DNA of 64,000 nucleotides from Candidatus Oxydemutatoraceae bacterium (GTDB lineage Bacteria; Pseudomonadota; Gammaproteobacteria; Poriferisulfidales; Oxydemutatoraceae), in the NCBI GenBank assembly GCA_965220085.1, contig CBDCOZ010000003.1, forward strand, positions 224,001 to 288,000. Reading direction: 5' to 3'. This document shows, in pieces, positions 60,448 to 64,000 of the stretch (the stretch's first letter is position 1; each line of letters starts with the position of its first letter). Position numbers and translations under genes: made by a program. A model generated the notes under the pieces. It made no database searches, had not been told where the DNA came from, and was given only the letters and a program-made list of their open reading frames with translations.

Positions 60448-60575
60448 CTCTCCTCTCGTGGGAGAGTCGGTAAGCCAAGGGCGAAGCCCGCAGGCGCAGA
60501 GGAGAGGGTGAGCGATAGTGACGGTGTGCAAGAAGCCCCCTCACGCATCGTCCTTCGCCTGACGGTTCGGACTTT
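60448..60575. repeat. REP-like palindromic element between radC and bioF
   Basis: CTCTCGTGGGAGAGTCGGTAAGCCAAGGGCGAAGCCCG, same family as the copies at 11.7, 13.6, 15.9 and 22-23 kb. Confidence 0.75.
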
Positions 60576-60587
60576 GCGCTTGCGAGT

Positions 60588-61766
60588 TTAAGGTCTGTCG
60601 GCAAAAAGCTCCGGGGCTTGCCGATAAATGCGGGCAAGGCAGTCCGCTAGCTTTGCGATGTGCTCTTCTTCGTGCGCAGAGGAGAGGGTGATACGCAAAC
60701 GGGCGCCGTTCTTTGGCACGGTCGGGGGGCGTATCGCAGTCACTTGTATGCCCTCCCGGAATAATGCTTCGCTTAATGCCAGCGCGTTTTCCGCCGACCT
60801 TGTCATGACGGCTTGAATCGGCGACGGTGAGTCAATACATTCAATCCCGATTTGCCCGATGTGCTCCCTAAATTTGGCAATGTGCGCAAACAAACGTTCG
60901 CGACGCCATGTTTCGTTGCGAATGATCGCAAGGCTCGCGCTCGCGGCACACGCAAGAGCGGGCGGCGGCGCGGTCGTGTAAATATATGTTCGCGCTTTTT
61001 GTATCACAGTTTCTATCAGGTCGTCGTCGCCGGCGACAAAAGCGCCGAACACGCCCGCCGCTTTGCCGAGCGTTGCCATCAACACCGGCACATGCTTGCA
61101 GTCGAGTCGCAACATTTCACAGACCCCGGCGCCGGTGTCGCCGAACACGCCGAAGCCATGCGCGTCGTCCGCTATCAGCGTCGCTTCCCGTTCGGCGCAG
61201 AGCCCGGCTATCTCACGCAACGGCGCGATGTCGCCGTCCATGCTAAACACCGCATCGGTTGCAACCAGACAATGTTGCTCCTTGTCCAAGTTTGAAGCGA
61301 GAAATCGGGTGTCTTTGTGCGGGTAACGTTTTAACCGGGCGCGCGCGAGGATGCCCGCATCTACCATGGATGCGTGGTTCAGGCGGTCTTCAAAGACGAT
61401 GCTGTGGCGGTTTGCCAAAGCGGTAATCACACCGAGGTTTGCCATGTATCCGGTGGAAAAAAGCGCCGCCCGTTTGCGACCGACAAAGTCCGCCAGATCT
61501 TCTTCCAGTCGGCGGTGTGCGGCGGTGTGACCGTTTATTAGATGTGCCGCACCGCTGCCGACGCCGTAGCGAGAGATGCCCTTTGTCAGCGCTGCGCCGA
61601 TACGCGCATCGGTCGCAAGTCCGAGATAGTCGTTGCTGCAAAAGGAAATGACTTCGCGACCGTCGTAGCGGCGCGTAACGCCCGCAACGCCTTCCGCTAT
61701 TTTTCGCTCGCGGTAGAGGGCGGCGCGGCGACGGTTGCGGAGTTCATTGTGCAGGTCTTTTCTCAT
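60588..61766 (-). CDS. bioF: 8-amino-7-oxononanoate synthase
   Basis: FCSNDYLGL, FSTGYMAN, DDAHG, TLGKA and IRPPTVP motifs. Confidence 0.95.
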   Translation of the reverse strand: MRKDLHNELRNRRRAALYRERKIAEGVAGVTRRYDGREVISFCSNDYLGLATDARIGAALTKGISRYGVGSGAAHLINGHTAAHRRLEEDLADFVGRKRAALFSTGYMANLGVITALANRHSIVFEDRLNHASMVDAGILARARLKRYPHKDTRFLASNLDKEQHCLVATDAVFSMDGDIAPLREIAGLCAEREATLIADDAHGFGVFGDTGAGVCEMLRLDCKHVPVLMATLGKAAGVFGAFVAGDDDLIETVIQKARTYIYTTAPPPALACAASASLAIIRNETWRRERLFAHIAKFREHIGQIGIECIDSPSPIQAVMTRSAENALALSEALFREGIQVTAIRPPTVPKNGARLRITLSSAHEEEHIAKLADCLARIYRQAPELFADRP

Positions 61767-61974
61767 GGCAATTAGTTGCGTTCTCCCGCTATTTTACTTT
61801 TAGTTTCAGGTATTTAGAACGGTTGCATGATTGCTTGTCATTCCGATGCTACCGTTCGTCATAAAAGTTTCTCACAAGCGCGTTGATTTGCATATGTTGC
61901 GTATTTTCAAAGAAGGCCGGCCGTGTTATATTCATGTTGGTGGCCTTCGGATATTTAACCAATTGGAGGCTATC

Positions 61975-62268
61975 ATGGACGCACAAATGAATGACGCACA
62001 ATACAACACACTTATAACAGCGATAGACAAGCTCGGAGTCGAACTGCATATGCTCAAGGAGGGGCAGCACAAGCTTGAAGAGGGGCAGCATAAGCTTGAA
62101 GAAGAAGTGCATACGCTCAAGGAGGGGCAGCACAAGCTTGAAGAAAAGATGCAAGAGCAACATCAGGGGACTATCCGCTGGGTGATGAGTTTGTTTGTAG
62201 CCGCACTGCTTGTGAATGGCCCTGTCATCGGAGCGATTGTCAGCTTTGTTATCCTGAAGCTAAATTAA
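61975..62268 (+). CDS. coiled-coil protein with C-terminal TM anchor, copy 1 (97 aa)
   Basis: GGAGG RBS before ATG 61975; EGQHKLE heptads; WVMSLFVAALL TM segment. Confidence 0.75.
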   Translation: MDAQMNDAQYNTLITAIDKLGVELHMLKEGQHKLEEGQHKLEEEVHTLKEGQHKLEEKMQEQHQGTIRWVMSLFVAALLVNGPVIGAIVSFVILKLN

Positions 62269-62348
62269 TCCTTATTGCATTCCGTTGCGCTCCGAAGGAG
62301 CGGCTCAATTTACAATGGCCGCTTCTGCGGAGCGGACAGCTCGCCCGC

Positions 62349-62564
62349 TCAATTCGGATTGCCGGCAGATTTGCCAACGAACGGCTCAATGCCGAGGCGG
62401 TCAAGCAACGCCCGGTCGCGTTGCATCGCAGGGTTGCTTGTCGTCAACAGCGTATCGCCGTCGCAGCGGCGCGTAACGCCCGCAACGCCTTCCGCTATTT
62501 TTCGCTCGCGGTAGAGGGCGGCGCGGCGACGGTTGCGGAGTTCATTGTGCAGGTCTTTTCTCAT
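62349..62564 (-). pseudogene. in-frame chimera of the BioF N-terminus and a BioB-like C-terminus
   Basis: MRKDLHNEL...VTRR joined to GDTLLTTSNP...LLDRLGI, which resembles the biotin synthase C-terminus. Confidence 0.7.
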
Positions 62565-62773
62565 GGCAATTAGTTGCGTTCTCCCGCTATTTTACTTTTA
62601 GTTTCAGGTATTTAGAACGGTTGCATGATTGCTTGTCATTCCGATGCTACCGTTCGTCATAAAAGTTTCTCACAAGCGCGTTGATTTGCATATGTTGCGT
62701 ATTTTCAAAGAAGGCCGGCTGTGTTATATTCATATTTGGTGGCCTTCGGATATTTAACCAATTGGAGGTTATC

Positions 62774-63079
62774 ATGGATGCACAAATGAATGACGCACAA
62801 TACAACACACTTATAACAGCGATAGACAAGCTCGGAGGCGAACTGCATATGCTCAAGGAGGGGCAACACAAGCTTGAGTATAAGCTTGGAGGCGAACTGC
62901 ATACGCTCAAAGAAGAAGTGCATACGCTCAAGGAGGGGCAGCACAAGCTTGAAGAGAAGATGCAAGAGCAACATCAGGGGACTATCCGCTGGGTGATGAG
63001 TTTGTTTGTAGCCGCACTGCTTGTGAATGGCCCTGTCATCGGAGCGATTGTCAGCTTTGTTATCCTGAAGCTAAATTAA
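62774..63079 (+). CDS. coiled-coil protein with C-terminal TM anchor, copy 2 (101 aa)
   Basis: As copy 1, with a different repeat composition. Confidence 0.75.
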   Translation: MDAQMNDAQYNTLITAIDKLGGELHMLKEGQHKLEYKLGGELHTLKEEVHTLKEGQHKLEEKMQEQHQGTIRWVMSLFVAALLVNGPVIGAIVSFVILKLN

Positions 63080-63159
63080 TCCTTATTGCATTCCGTTGCG
63101 CTCCGAAGGAGCGGCTCAATTTACAATGGCCGCTTCTGCGGAGCGGACAGCTCGCCCGC

Positions 63160-63375
63160 TCAATTCGGATTGCCGGCAGATTTGCCAACGAACGGCTCAA
63201 TGCCGAGGCGGTCAAGCAACGCCCGGTCGCGTTGCATCGCAGGGTTGCTTGTCGTCAACAGCGTATCGCCGTCGCAGCGGCGCGTAACGCCCGCAACGCC
63301 TTCCGCTATTTTTCGCTCGCGGCAGAGAGCGTCGCGGCGACGGTTGCGGAGTTCATTGCGCAGGTCTTTTCTCAT
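63160..63375 (-). pseudogene. second BioF/BioB-like chimera
   Basis: Same junction; three amino-acid changes in the BioF part. Confidence 0.7.
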
Positions 63376-63583
63376 GGCAATTAGTTGCGTTCTCCCGCTA
63401 TTTTACTTTTAGTTTCAGGTATTTAGAACGGTTGCATGATTGCTTGTCATTCCGATGCTACCGTTCGTCATAAAAGTTTCTCACAAGCGCGTTGATTTGC
63501 ATATGTTGCGTATTTTCAAAGAAGGCCGGCCGTGTTATATTCATGTTGGTGGCCTTCGGATATTTAACCAATTGGAGGCTATC

Positions 63584-63856
63584 ATGGACGCACAAATGAA
63601 TGACGCACAATACAACACACTTATAACTGCGATAGACAAGCTCGGAGGCGAAGTGCATATGCTCAAGGAGGGGCAGCACAGGCTTGAGAGTGAAGTGCAT
63701 ACGCTCAAGGAGGGGCAGCACAAGCTTGAAGAGAAGATGCAAGAGCAACATCAGGGGACTATCCGCTGGGTGATGAGTTTGTTTGTAGCCGCACTGCTTG
63801 TGAATGGCCCTGTCATCGGAGCGATTGTCAGCTTTGTTATCCTGAAGCTAAATTAA
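63584..63856 (+). CDS. coiled-coil protein with C-terminal TM anchor, copy 3 (90 aa)
   Basis: As copy 1, one heptad shorter. Confidence 0.75.
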   Translation: MDAQMNDAQYNTLITAIDKLGGEVHMLKEGQHRLESEVHTLKEGQHKLEEKMQEQHQGTIRWVMSLFVAALLVNGPVIGAIVSFVILKLN

Positions 63857-63936
63857 TCCTTATTGCATTCCGTTGCGCTCCGAAGGAGCGGCTCAATTTA
63901 CAATGGCCGCTTCTGCGGAGCGGACAGCTCGCCCGC

Positions 63937-64000
63937 TCAATTCGGATTGCCGGCAGATTTGCCAACGAACGGCTCAATGCCGAGGCGGTCAAGCAACGCC
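63937..64000 (-). CDS. bioB-like 3' end (true bioB or a further repeat unit; cut by the window end)
   Basis: Encodes ...ALLDRLGIEPFVGKSAGNPN*; upstream of bioF in the same orientation. Confidence 0.5.
   Translation of the reverse strand, partial: ALLDRLGIEPFVGKSAGNPN

Larger units (their letters stand above)
61660..64000. repeat. tandem array of about 800-bp units (bioF 5' end, small gene, bioB-like 3' end); at least 3 units, reaching the window end
   Basis: Unit starts at 61660, 62458 and 63269 (periods 798 and 811). Confidence 0.93.

Overview
Bacterial chromosome window, probably from a gammaproteobacterium (inferred from the glmU/glmS/radC/bioF proteins; not verified). It has four parts. 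(1) An AT-rich accessory stretch at 1-3.5 kb. (2) A large lanthanide/PQQ methanol-oxidation region at about 3.5-39 kb: xoxF-xoxG-xoxJ and accessory genes, pqqABCDE (pqqA is missing from the ORF track), two ABC systems, a MotA/TolQ-like module, a porin and a cytochrome c. It is interrupted by a Fic plus duplicated ABC-type ATPase insert and by dense palindromic (REP-like) repeats. (3) A defence island at 39.4-56.3 kb: a type I RM system whose hsdM is cut by a complete IS1595 element (28-bp IRs, 8-bp TSD), a TIR-NTPase, two ImmA/IrrE paralogues with a PIN gene, and a DUF262/DUF1524 gene, ending next to glmS. (4) Housekeeping genes and a roughly 800-bp tandem array spanning the bioB/bioF junction, each unit carrying a length-variable coiled-coil/TM gene. 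The most unusual signal is a recurring pattern of tandem duplications at gene junctions and gene ends. Several of the extra gene-end copies differ from the intact gene mainly at synonymous sites, as if allele fragments from related lineages had been stacked in tandem. A strain-mixture assembly artefact must be excluded first. All family assignments come from motifs read by eye, not from database searches.
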